From: an uncultured archaeon | GTDB lineage: Archaea > Asgardarchaeota > Lokiarchaeia > Sigyniarchaeales > SOKP01 | Assembly (NCBI GenBank): GCA_964493715.1 | Contig: CAZBPC010000075.1 | Location: 1-16,269 of the forward strand | Length of the DNA stretch: 16,269 nt | Direction: 5' to 3' | Part shown: piece by piece, positions 1 to 9,130 of the stretch | Layout of the letters: the number at the start of each line of letters is the position of its first letter | Position numbering within the stretch: the first letter of the stretch is position 1 | Position numbers and translations under genes: made by a program | Notes under the pieces: model-generated | Databases searched by the model: none | Told to the model about the DNA's origin: nothing | What the model saw: only the letters and a program-made list of their open reading frames with translations

Positions 1-129
1 AGAAAATTGATTAAAAATACTGGAATGAAGGATGGAAAAAGCAAGAAGTGGACGCTGATTCAAAATCAGGATTACCTAAAGCAACTATTTTTTAAATATG
101 AAAAAAAATCACAGGGGGTGATTGACTAA
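1..129 (+). CDS. 3' end of a CDS running in from the left edge (…RKLIKNTGMKDGKSKKWTLIQNQDYLKQLFFKYEKKSQGVID*), product unknown
   Basis: Frame +1 is open from base 1 to TAA at 127-129 (42 codons) and is followed by AT-rich intergenic sequence. No recognisable motif. Confidence 0.55.
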   Translation, partial: RKLIKNTGMKDGKSKKWTLIQNQDYLKQLFFKYEKKSQGVID

Positions 130-221
130 ATTTAAGATAATGTCGGCTTTCCGACCACGTAAATTAATAGAAAAAAAATAAATACTTGAATACTGTTGTC
201 AAAAAAAAGTTATAGTTATTC

Positions 222-704
222 TTAACTAATTATTGAAGATTTTGTAGGAAATTTAACTCCATGAGCCTCAACTAAAATTTTAAATAAGGCAAATTCAGCT
301 TCTGCCTGTTTAGCTATTTTCCTTTGCATTAATTTAAGGATAAATCTTGTCATTAAGGAATTACTCGTACCTTTCCAAGTTATTGATACGTTTGTACCAT
401 CTTGATGTGAATTAAAAATCGTTTCAACTTCTATTATCATTCCCTGTCCTGTAACTTGCGATAAAATTTTCCTCCCTTCTTCATATGAAAGTAATTTATC
501 CTCTAAAATATATGAACGCCCTTTCTCCAGATAATGTAAATGTGCAATAGCACCCACCTCACCAAAAGTTCCCTCAATAACTTCAACTTTTTCTAAATAT
601 CTAGTCCATTGCATCATGTTTTGAGCATCTATGTACGCTTTCCATGTAACTTCAGGAGATTGGGTGATTACCATATCTATTTTGAATTTTGCAATCATTA
701 TCAC
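222..704 (-). CDS. SRPBCC (START/Bet v1-like, polyketide cyclase/dehydrase) family protein
   Basis: 160 aa with the typical pattern 'ITQSPEVTWKAYIDAQNMMQW', central beta strands and a C-terminal helix ('RKIAKQAEAEFALFKILVE'). Start is GTG 704 or ATG 698. Confidence 0.8.
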   Translation of the reverse strand: MIMIAKFKIDMVITQSPEVTWKAYIDAQNMMQWTRYLEKVEVIEGTFGEVGAIAHLHYLEKGRSYILEDKLLSYEEGRKILSQVTGQGMIIEVETIFNSHQDGTNVSITWKGTSNSLMTRFILKLMQRKIAKQAEAEFALFKILVEAHGVKFPTKSSIIS

Positions 705-970
705 TTACATTTATTCAAATAAATTATGTCCACTATTAAAATTTGATATATTCAAATCTATAAAATATTATTGTTGAACTGAATTTAAGAATAACCATCA
801 AAATATAATGCAAATTATCTTGACAAAATTTCATTAAATAGCCTCTAATAGAATTTTTGTAAAGTTAATTCACATAATGGAATTGTTTACAATTTTGTTA
901 ACTTTTTCTTTACATTCAGAACATCAGATTTACGAAACTTTTGTTCACTTTTTCCGTATTTTCATAGGAA

Positions 971-989
971 AAAAAAGAAATTTTATAAG
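971..989 (+). promoter_or_regulatory. Putative archaeal BRE/TATA promoter for the GNAT gene
   Basis: Purine run AAAAAAGAAA (971-980) directly followed by TTTTATAAG (981-989), about 45 nt upstream of ATG 1033. Confidence 0.45.
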
Positions 990-1032
990 AGTGCTTCTAC
1001 ATAATTTAATCAAGATATATTAGGTTTTTTTT

Positions 1033-2112
1033 ATGGAAATATTACAAAGGGAATATTTAATCAAATTCAAGAGCAGAGATGGCTCTCAATATGGCTTAAG
1101 GTTAGGTGAACCTTCCGATGCAGAATTAATCAGTAATGCATTTATAGAAATCTTTAGTAACGAATATACAGATGCAATTGTATACGACGTCAGTAAATTA
1201 GCTAAAAATATTCAGAGAAATAATACGTTTTGGTTTGTAGGTGAGTGTTTGGATAATGAAGAACCGGAATTTTGTGGTGGAGGCGTCATTGACATCGAAA
1301 ATCCCTTCATAGCAAGTATGAATAAACTCATTATTCGGCCTAAATTTCGGGGAAAAGGTTTACTCTCTGAAATGGGAATTAAAGGCGTTTTGAACATTTT
1401 TAAAACTCCACAATTCAAAACCATTATACGAGTAAATACAGAAACTCGTGCGAGTCTTAAAAACACCCAACTTTCAATGCGAAATCAAAATTCCAAACCT
1501 TATGGATTTAATCCCATATTCATCAACTTAGGAGATCGTCAATATTTAAACAAGAAAGAAGAAAAGCCTTATCTCAAAGGAGAGACCGTTCCTATCATAT
1601 TTTATGCAAGAGCATTAAATAATTTCTGGGAGAGAAGAGATAATGTAATTTACTTATTGAATGATGAAGATATCTTATATTTTTATGACTATCAAATTAA
1701 AAATAACAGAATAATGAAAAAAAACGATCTCCTCATAACTATGGGGGACTCTGATTATAAAATGCATGATATTGAAATAATACAAAATTACAATTTTGGA
1801 ACCATTCACATGAAAGGATGCATGCATGATGTTTTTATAAAGATGTATCTGAAGAAGTTTAAAAAATGGAGGTTCATTGATTGGAAAATCCCCGCTACGG
1901 AAGAGGGTGTGCGCTCCATGAAGTTAGCATTAGAAAATGGTTTTAAAGTAATAGGTTATGATATAGGCTCATATTTATCTCGAGATGGAAGGTTACATGA
2001 TTCCGTTTTTCTAGCTTATTTTCCAAAAAAGGTCAAATTAAACCCAAATGAACCCCTTGATATAATAAAAAAAGTGAGACCTATTGTTGATAAGGTCCTA
2101 GATTCTCTTTAA
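1033..2112 (+). CDS. GNAT-family N-acetyltransferase, probably two GNAT-fold lobes
   Basis: Acetyl-CoA-binding motif A 'LIIRPKFRGKGLLS'. The C-terminal 'MKLALENGFKVIG' resembles motif B of a second, degenerate GNAT domain. 359 aa. Confidence 0.75.
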   Translation: MEILQREYLIKFKSRDGSQYGLRLGEPSDAELISNAFIEIFSNEYTDAIVYDVSKLAKNIQRNNTFWFVGECLDNEEPEFCGGGVIDIENPFIASMNKLIIRPKFRGKGLLSEMGIKGVLNIFKTPQFKTIIRVNTETRASLKNTQLSMRNQNSKPYGFNPIFINLGDRQYLNKKEEKPYLKGETVPIIFYARALNNFWERRDNVIYLLNDEDILYFYDYQIKNNRIMKKNDLLITMGDSDYKMHDIEIIQNYNFGTIHMKGCMHDVFIKMYLKKFKKWRFIDWKIPATEEGVRSMKLALENGFKVIGYDIGSYLSRDGRLHDSVFLAYFPKKVKLNPNEPLDIIKKVRPIVDKVLDSL

Positions 2113-2116
2113 AAAT

Positions 2117-2833
2117 TTATTCTTTTTTTACTCCTTTATATATCAGCCAGACCCAAAGAATTACGGATATCGCATAAAGTGAGCTAATCATTCTCAGAAA
2201 AAGAGTGTTTAAATAAAACGTCAGAAATGCTAAATATTCATATACAAATAATCCTAATAACCCAATTAATAACCAAATCCATCTTCTTTTCATAATTTTA
2301 TCCTTCATTACCCTAAGAATCTTGAATATGGAAATTATGATTGGAATCGTAGTAAATGCAGTAACAATAATAATAGCATAAATAAAATAAGGTAATGACC
2401 ATACTGGACGCCAATCTGTGCTTTCATTGAATTCAATTCCATGGAACAAATAAAATATGACCATAAATCCTAGAAAAAATGCATAAAGCAAAAACAATTT
2501 TAGTTCGGACTTTAAACTATATGCGCTTTCTGAATTGATTAAAATTCTATTAGTTGCAACCATAAAAACTGGTCCATAGAAAATCAGGAACGCTGAGATA
2601 TAATATAAAAATAATGCAAGGGGTTCACTTTTAAATATTTCATTAATAAAAATATAAGCTGCGTTGACTAACAAACCTAAAGCAATGGAAATATAAAATC
2701 CGCTAAAGGTTGCATTTAATCTACTTCTCCGTCTCCTAAGAATTGACCATCCTAAACCCAAAAAGAAGATAGCTACCATCATGTCAATAACAAAAATTAA
2801 AAAAATCCGTGAAAGATCAATTTGTAGTATCAT
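2117..2833 (-). CDS. Integral membrane protein with about 7 TM helices, resembling stand-alone HisKA_7TM-like sensor domains
   Basis: Seven hydrophobic segments, basic loops after TM1 (RRRRSR) and TM5 (KIMKRR), and a 'WRPVWS' loop between TM4 and TM5. No soluble output domain. Confidence 0.7.
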   Translation of the reverse strand: MILQIDLSRIFLIFVIDMMVAIFFLGLGWSILRRRRSRLNATFSGFYISIALGLLVNAAYIFINEIFKSEPLALFLYYISAFLIFYGPVFMVATNRILINSESAYSLKSELKLFLLYAFFLGFMVIFYLFHGIEFNESTDWRPVWSLPYFIYAIIIVTAFTTIPIIISIFKILRVMKDKIMKRRWIWLLIGLLGLFVYEYLAFLTFYLNTLFLRMISSLYAISVILWVWLIYKGVKKE

Positions 2834-3005
2834 AATAAAATTATCCTAAAATTACAATTTTATTAGATTATGGTAGAAGTTATATAAAAATTCTCGGCAA
2901 AAATCAACTAATTAAACTTCTAATTTCACATTTTAACAAATATTTCTGGAATTTCGGAAAATACTTTTTTGATAAAAATATATTTGAATTAAAATCTCCA
3001 TATTT

Positions 3006-3668
3006 GTGAAAAAAATGAAAGAAATAGTCAAGAATATATATCATGTGGGAGATTCTGGCTGCTCCGTGTTTTTAATTGATACTCAAAGTGAAGATGGATT
3101 AGTTCTAATTGACTGCGGAATGTCCCTCGACATGATAAAGAATATTAGCAAGCATGATCTTAATCCAATGGAAATAAAGCATTGTCTTATTACTCATTTT
3201 CATATCGATCATATCGCAGCGTGCGCTGATCTTAAAAATTTCAATAAAAAAGTTAAATTTTATGCTCATGAATTGGATGCTGACGCGATTGAAGAACCAG
3301 GACATAATAGAGAGACTGCAGCGAATTGGTATGGCGTGAGATATACTCCCATTAAATTAGAGCGAACACTTAAAGGGGACCACACCGTATTAAATTTTGG
3401 TTCATATAATTTTGAATGCATTCACATTCCAGGACATACTCCTGGTTCAATAGCAATAGTTCTAAAATTAAAAGATCCTGAGGTAAAGATTCTGTTCGGA
3501 CAAGATTTACATGGACCAATGATTCCAGGTATCAGTGATTACAACGATTATCAAAAGTCACTTAGTGTTTTGAGTGATTTAAAAGCAGATATTCTATGTG
3601 AAGGACACTTCGGAGTTTTCCAACCCGCCGAAAAAGTGCAAGAATATATTAATAACTATATCAAATGA
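3006..3668 (+). CDS. MBL-fold metallo-hydrolase (glyoxalase II-like)
   Basis: Motifs LIDCG, THFHIDH (HxHxDH), PGHTPGS, LFGQD and CEGH. Start is GTG 3006 or ATG 3015. Confidence 0.9.
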   Translation: MKKMKEIVKNIYHVGDSGCSVFLIDTQSEDGLVLIDCGMSLDMIKNISKHDLNPMEIKHCLITHFHIDHIAACADLKNFNKKVKFYAHELDADAIEEPGHNRETAANWYGVRYTPIKLERTLKGDHTVLNFGSYNFECIHIPGHTPGSIAIVLKLKDPEVKILFGQDLHGPMIPGISDYNDYQKSLSVLSDLKADILCEGHFGVFQPAEKVQEYINNYIK

Positions 3669-3772
3669 TCTAATACCTAATATCAACGATCTCAAGTTCT
3701 TTAAATAAAATCAAATCTTTATATTTAAAAAGTGTATTATTATCATTTATACAAATTATAGAATAGTATACC

Positions 3773-4603
3773 ATGTTAAATACCGTCTTTGAATCGTTTA
3801 ACGAAGCAATAAGAAGGTTTGATTACGATTATATCTATATTGATAGCATATTTCTTGCAATATGGTTAGGTTTCCTTATAAAGCATAAAAAAGGCAATGC
3901 GATTAAATTTGGAATTTTTACCGGTTTTGTGACCTATTTAATTGATGCTATAGTGTGGTGGAATTCACCAGCAGGAAATAATTATCCTATTGGAACAATG
4001 ATTAGAGAATATTGGATTGGAGGAGTTCAAGTTCCACAAACGTTGGGAATATATTTCTGGCCGAAATTTGGAGCAGATTTCATGATGACTTTTTCTTATT
4101 CCCTTTTTGCTTTTGGTTGGTTGTGGATCATGTTTGAAAACTATGTTAAAAGGAATTTTAAAGAAATATTACTATTTACGGGTATGATTTTTGGATTTTG
4201 GCTGGTTACACCATTTCTTTCAAATTTGATTACCCTTGATGATACACTAGTAATTTCAATTAGACATATGGATACTCAAATGATAACATGGACAGTAAAT
4301 TTCATTGTTGGTTACACTTTGTTTTTTGTAATATATGTGAGTGGTAAGTTCAGAAAACGCGATTTAAAATTATTCGGTTATGTCTTTTTATTAGGATGTC
4401 TTGGAGCATTCTTCATGGAATTTCCACTTTTCATATCTGGTATACGTCCTACAGGCATAGCTTTCTTACTATATGATACACTTCTAATGTTTAATCAAGG
4501 TGCACCGTATCTATATATCCTTTATGCTGAGATCTTCCCTTATTTAGCCAAAAAGTTAAAAAAAAACAAATATGCCAAAATAGAACTTCTTACTACAAAT
4601 TAA
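3773..4603 (+). CDS. Hypothetical polytopic membrane protein (about 7 TM)
   Basis: 276-aa ORF with multiple hydrophobic helices containing embedded polar residues (D, E, NQG) and a Lys-rich C-terminal tail. Confidence 0.7.
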   Translation: MLNTVFESFNEAIRRFDYDYIYIDSIFLAIWLGFLIKHKKGNAIKFGIFTGFVTYLIDAIVWWNSPAGNNYPIGTMIREYWIGGVQVPQTLGIYFWPKFGADFMMTFSYSLFAFGWLWIMFENYVKRNFKEILLFTGMIFGFWLVTPFLSNLITLDDTLVISIRHMDTQMITWTVNFIVGYTLFFVIYVSGKFRKRDLKLFGYVFLLGCLGAFFMEFPLFISGIRPTGIAFLLYDTLLMFNQGAPYLYILYAEIFPYLAKKLKKNKYAKIELLTTN

Positions 4604-4630
4604 TATGTTCTATTTTGAAAAGGAAAAAGC

Positions 4631-7600
4631 TTAGTTTTGATTAGTTTTGATCAATTTGATATTATGTTTGAGTACTTTTGTTAAAGGAAGTTTGCTATAA
4701 TTTTTACTGAATTTAGAAATAGCTTCAAGAGCTTCTTCGTGTTTTTTAAGAGCTTCTACATAGCTTTTTTGTTCTAAGTAAGTAAGTCCCAATTTATAGT
4801 GTGATTCAGCGATTCCTTCATAATTTTCGAGTTGTTCAAAGATTTCAAGAGCTTTATTTGAAGCTTTCCAAGCTTCAGCATAATCTCCCTTATTCAAATG
4901 CACTAATGATAAGTTATTCAAGAATTTTCCTTTAGATTCTGGTTCTTCTATTTCATTAGCAATTTGAATGGCTTCTTTAAATCGTTCTAAAGCAACTGAA
5001 TAATTTCCTTCATCTAAGTATATTAAACCGATATTGTTTAAACTGTCAGCTTTTCTTTTTAAATTATACAAGTCAACTTCTATTTTAAGTACTTCTTCAT
5101 AATTCTTCAAAGCCTCGAGATACTGCTTTTTATCTCGATATATCATCGCCATGTTATAATAGGCTTTTGATTTTTCTTCTGATTCGCCTAAAAATTTAAA
5201 GAATTTAATTGAACGGTCATACCAGCTCAATGCCTCATCATAATTACCTAGATCTTGGTATATTTGACCGATTTTATTAAGACTGTATGTTTTTCCATTC
5301 AAATCTCCAGTTTGATCAAAAATAGAGAGAGCTTGTTCAAAATTCTTCAATGCATCTTTATATACTCCACGATAATGATAAATACCACCTAGTTCATTCA
5401 AAAGATAACCTTTTCTTTCAAGATCATCATTCTCATCAGCAATTTTGAGTGATTGTTGGTATCGAGTTAGTGCTTTAGAATAGTCACCTTGATTTTTATA
5501 TAATTTGCCTAGACTTTCATAGCAATCGCATTTACCTTGAGACCCTTCTATTTCTTCGAATAGTTTTAAAGATTCACTGTACCATTTATAAGCTTCTTCC
5601 AAATTGTTTTGACCGTGATAGATCATTCCTATTTTTCTAAGTGTATTTGCTTGGCCGGATAAATCTCCAATTTGCTCCTTAATCTCAAGTGCATTTTTGT
5701 ATTTTTTTAAAACCTCATCGTAATCATTCCAAACGAGATGTACACTTCCAATATTCAATAAATGTTCTGCTTTTGCTTTTATATCTCCCAATTCTTCATC
5801 AATCTCAAGAGCTTTTTCAAACCAATTTAAAGCTTGAGGAAAGTCTTCTTCTTCGTAATATATAATTCCAATACTATTGAAAATGTTAGCTTTTCCTTCA
5901 AGATTGCTTAATTTTTCGACAACATTAAGAGCGTCTTGAAAACGTCTAATTGATTCAGGATAATGCTTTTGTGCTTGATAAATTTCCGCAATTGTTTTTA
6001 AGATGTTTACTTGCTCGTCTAAATTTCCCATATTTTCCGCTATTACTAAACTTTCTTCATACCTCCTTAAAGCTTCCACGAAATCCCATTGCTCCCTAAA
6101 TATTTCGCCCATTTTATTAAGGGAATCAAACTTTTTATGTAAATTTCCTATTTGATCAGCAATCTGAATTGCGGCTTCGAAACTTTCTAAAGCTAACTTG
6201 TCATTCCCTTGATAATGATAATTCAAGCCAATATTATACAAACAACTAATATTTCCATCATAATTAAGCTCAGCTTTGAAAATTTCAATAGCATTATCAA
6301 ACATCTTCTTTGCTTTATCATAATAACCTTGATCTTGAAAAATGGTGCCTATTTTATTTAGTAGATCAGCCTTTTTTTCTGGTTCTTCCAACTTCTCAAT
6401 TATCTCTAATGAATCATTATATCTTTTTAGTGCTTCAGTGTAGTCCGCTTGCTCTTGATAAAATGAACCTAGGTTTTTGAGCGTTTCTGCGCTTCCTTCT
6501 AAGCTTTCTATTTCAGTAAAAATGTCAAGAGCTTGTTGAAAGTATTCTAAAGCTTTATTAAAATTTCTTTGTTCGACAAATATCAATCCAATGGTGTTAA
6601 GAAACGTTGCGGTTCCTCGAGTATCATTCAAACGCTGATGAATTTCCAGGATTTTTTCAAAACGTCTTAAAGCTTTCGAGTAATTTCGCTGTTCCTTGTA
6701 TATTAATCCTACATTTTTTAACGTTTCCACTTTTCCTCGAAGGTTGCCAATCTGATCATACAACAAGAGAGCGGCTTCAAGCCATTCAAGTGCTTCGAAA
6801 TATTTATCTTGATTTCGAAAAATAATTCCTATTTGAGTAGAAAATTTTGCTTGTTTTTCAATCTTACCGTAGTCTTCTGCTAATTGAACAGCTTCTTTAA
6901 AATATTCATAAGCTCTTGGATAATTCCATTGATCTCTAAAAATCTCTCCCAGATTGTTTAAAACATCCATCTTTCCTTCAATAAATTGCATTTGGTTAAA
7001 TAATTCTAAAGCATTATTACAATTTTCAATTCCCAAAATTGAATTCCCAATCATGTGTTGAATCAAGCCTAGATTATTAAGAATATTCCCTTTTTCAATC
7101 ATATTTCCAAGCGTATCATTTATATCCATTGCTTCATCCAAACATTTTAATGCAGCTGAGAGATTTTTACTTCTAACGAGAGTAGCAGCAATATTTTTTA
7201 GTTTAAAAGCTTTTTCCTGCAGATCATTTAATTTTTCATCTAATTTTAATGAGGTTTCAAAATTTTTAATAGCTTCCTTATAGTTAGATCTTTCTAAGTC
7301 TAATAATCCTAATTGATTGTACAATTCTGATTCAATTCTCATATCTTTGTATTTTAAATTTATTTTTAATCCTTGCTGGAAAAAATTATACGCTTCATCA
7401 AAATTTCCTTGAGCTTGATATATTAAACCTATATTCTTGAAGATTGAAATTCTTTGAGGAAATATTTTTAATTTGACTTGTGATTGAAGGGCTTTTTTAA
7501 ACCATTCTAAAGCTTTCTCAAATTCATTTTGTTCCAAATTAACAATACCCATATTCATTAGAGAGATCGTCTTCCATTTATCATCAGTTTTTTCCTCGGC

Positions 7601-8707
7601 TAATCTATAAATCCTTTCTAGACACCTTAAAGCATCTTTATATTGCTTATTTTCATGATATATCTTAAATGCAGTGTATAATTTTACTTCATCAGTAAGT
7701 TCTTTAATTGATTTTTTTATCCGTTCAGAGAGATCAAATTCAAATCCTTCCTTGCTAATAAATTCAGTGCTTTTAATTAACTCGTTTAAAAGTGTCTTGG
7801 TATTAATATCTAATCTATAGACATTTACACCATGATTTATTCGTGCGATGTCCAATAATATTTGATCTAATTCATCAATATCTATTATTGATTGAATTTT
7901 ATTGTCTTTGATTTCTTTTAGTTCAGTTATATTCTTGGTTTTTTCATCATGATTAACCCATATCAAATTCTTCAATGAATCCATCTGTTTAATTGTAGGT
8001 GTTATGTCAAGGTCGTTTTTGCCAGAATACCCTAAAACTATTAAATTTCTATCTTTTGATATGTTTCCAATGACTTGAGCTTTATATGGTTCTAATTGAA
8101 TGAGATTATGTCTTTCTTGATTCATTCCTAATAATTTTATAGTATCTATGAGAGATTCTTGCGTATTTTCACCCGTAATTAGATTAGTAGAGGACCCATG
8201 AATTTTATAAACTGCAATCTTACCACTAGTAAATAATTTTTCAGGATTCACATACTTCTCATAATCCCGTTGAGTTATTACGGGCACGATTTTTTTTCGA
8301 GGTATATTTAAGGTTAGAAGCGCAATTTCAATAAGGTGATCGAAATTTGTCGTTATAACATAACTTCCATTGGTAACCATTTCTGCTAGAAAGAAATGTT
8401 CAATGTTTGGTTTATCACACTCGGAAAAGAAGTCAATTAGATCGGAATCTTCGCCAATTATAGAATACACTATCATTAAAACTTGTTCTAAAGTTAATTT
8501 TTCCAATTCAAGTATTTTATCAATTTCAGATTTATTAATCGTCGATTCTATGATTAATTTAATAAAATCCCGTGCATCAGGTAAGTTAGATGGTGACAAA
8601 ACCGAACAACCAGCTCCTACCAGAAAGGTTAATGATTTTTCATCTTTAATATATTCTTGAAAATTTAGTTTTGAAATTTCTTTTGTAGAGACCAAATTTT
8701 TTCGCAC
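4631..8707 (-). CDS. SIR2-like (SIR2_2-type, putative NADase) domain fused to a long TPR solenoid
   Basis: N-terminal sirtuin motifs FLVGAGCS…LPD, PNIEH, ITTNFD, KIHGS and LGYSGKND, followed by 25 consecutive 40-aa TPR units. The true start may be TTG 8695, which has GGAGTG 9 nt upstream. Confidence 0.88.
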   Translation of the reverse strand: MRKNLVSTKEISKLNFQEYIKDEKSLTFLVGAGCSVLSPSNLPDARDFIKLIIESTINKSEIDKILELEKLTLEQVLMIVYSIIGEDSDLIDFFSECDKPNIEHFFLAEMVTNGSYVITTNFDHLIEIALLTLNIPRKKIVPVITQRDYEKYVNPEKLFTSGKIAVYKIHGSSTNLITGENTQESLIDTIKLLGMNQERHNLIQLEPYKAQVIGNISKDRNLIVLGYSGKNDLDITPTIKQMDSLKNLIWVNHDEKTKNITELKEIKDNKIQSIIDIDELDQILLDIARINHGVNVYRLDINTKTLLNELIKSTEFISKEGFEFDLSERIKKSIKELTDEVKLYTAFKIYHENKQYKDALRCLERIYRLAEEKTDDKWKTISLMNMGIVNLEQNEFEKALEWFKKALQSQVKLKIFPQRISIFKNIGLIYQAQGNFDEAYNFFQQGLKINLKYKDMRIESELYNQLGLLDLERSNYKEAIKNFETSLKLDEKLNDLQEKAFKLKNIAATLVRSKNLSAALKCLDEAMDINDTLGNMIEKGNILNNLGLIQHMIGNSILGIENCNNALELFNQMQFIEGKMDVLNNLGEIFRDQWNYPRAYEYFKEAVQLAEDYGKIEKQAKFSTQIGIIFRNQDKYFEALEWLEAALLLYDQIGNLRGKVETLKNVGLIYKEQRNYSKALRRFEKILEIHQRLNDTRGTATFLNTIGLIFVEQRNFNKALEYFQQALDIFTEIESLEGSAETLKNLGSFYQEQADYTEALKRYNDSLEIIEKLEEPEKKADLLNKIGTIFQDQGYYDKAKKMFDNAIEIFKAELNYDGNISCLYNIGLNYHYQGNDKLALESFEAAIQIADQIGNLHKKFDSLNKMGEIFREQWDFVEALRRYEESLVIAENMGNLDEQVNILKTIAEIYQAQKHYPESIRRFQDALNVVEKLSNLEGKANIFNSIGIIYYEEEDFPQALNWFEKALEIDEELGDIKAKAEHLLNIGSVHLVWNDYDEVLKKYKNALEIKEQIGDLSGQANTLRKIGMIYHGQNNLEEAYKWYSESLKLFEEIEGSQGKCDCYESLGKLYKNQGDYSKALTRYQQSLKIADENDDLERKGYLLNELGGIYHYRGVYKDALKNFEQALSIFDQTGDLNGKTYSLNKIGQIYQDLGNYDEALSWYDRSIKFFKFLGESEEKSKAYYNMAMIYRDKKQYLEALKNYEEVLKIEVDLYNLKRKADSLNNIGLIYLDEGNYSVALERFKEAIQIANEIEEPESKGKFLNNLSLVHLNKGDYAEAWKASNKALEIFEQLENYEGIAESHYKLGLTYLEQKSYVEALKKHEEALEAISKFSKNYSKLPLTKVLKHNIKLIKTNQN
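4682..7681 (-). repeat. 25 tandem 40-aa (120-nt) TPR-type protein repeats, residues 343-1342
   Basis: Manual alignment in 40-aa register gives consensus LNxIGxIYxxQGxYxEALxxFExALxIxExLxxxxxKAxx with no indels. Units are diverged at the DNA level. Confidence 0.9.
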
Positions 8708-9130
8708 TCCATAAAAAACATATTCTGTTATTAGGATAAGTTTTTTTTCATTCTTTTATAATTTTGCCTTATTTTATCTAAATTATTTCATCATATTATT
8801 ATTATTATTTAATGGATAAGTTCGAAAAGATAATACTTAATAAAAAAAGAGGTTTCTCTTTCGAAAACAATCTTGATCTTTGATATTACAAAAAGCTTGG
8901 ACTTCCGCATATAAATGAATTAAATTTTCTTCGGTTTCGAATTTTTATTTTTCGTCTTTCCTCGTGTTAATGAGGAACCCCCCTAATATCTGATTCCATA
9001 AATGCAATTTTTCAAATTGTTTTTTTATTAATTCTATGAAAAAGAGACTTAAATATGTTATAACCACAAATTTTATTTTCTAATTTTAATAATAATTCTT
9101 ATAATTCTCATAATTTAAACTAATTAAATA

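Noticed and set aside
2117-2833. Rhodopsin (helio/schizo/type-1) identity for the 7TM protein
   Set aside because: No retinal-binding Lys in mid-TM7 (no DxxxK/SxxxK) and no RYxxW-like TM3 motif.
3666-3680. TGA stop of the MBL hydrolase as possible Sec readthrough
   Set aside because: The domain is already complete and a TAA follows after three more codons.
8837-8944. Minus-strand open stretch KFETEENLIHLYAEVQAFCNIKDQDCFRKRNLFFY*
   Set aside because: Only 35 codons, no start codon and no recognisable similarity, so a gene or remnant cannot be supported.
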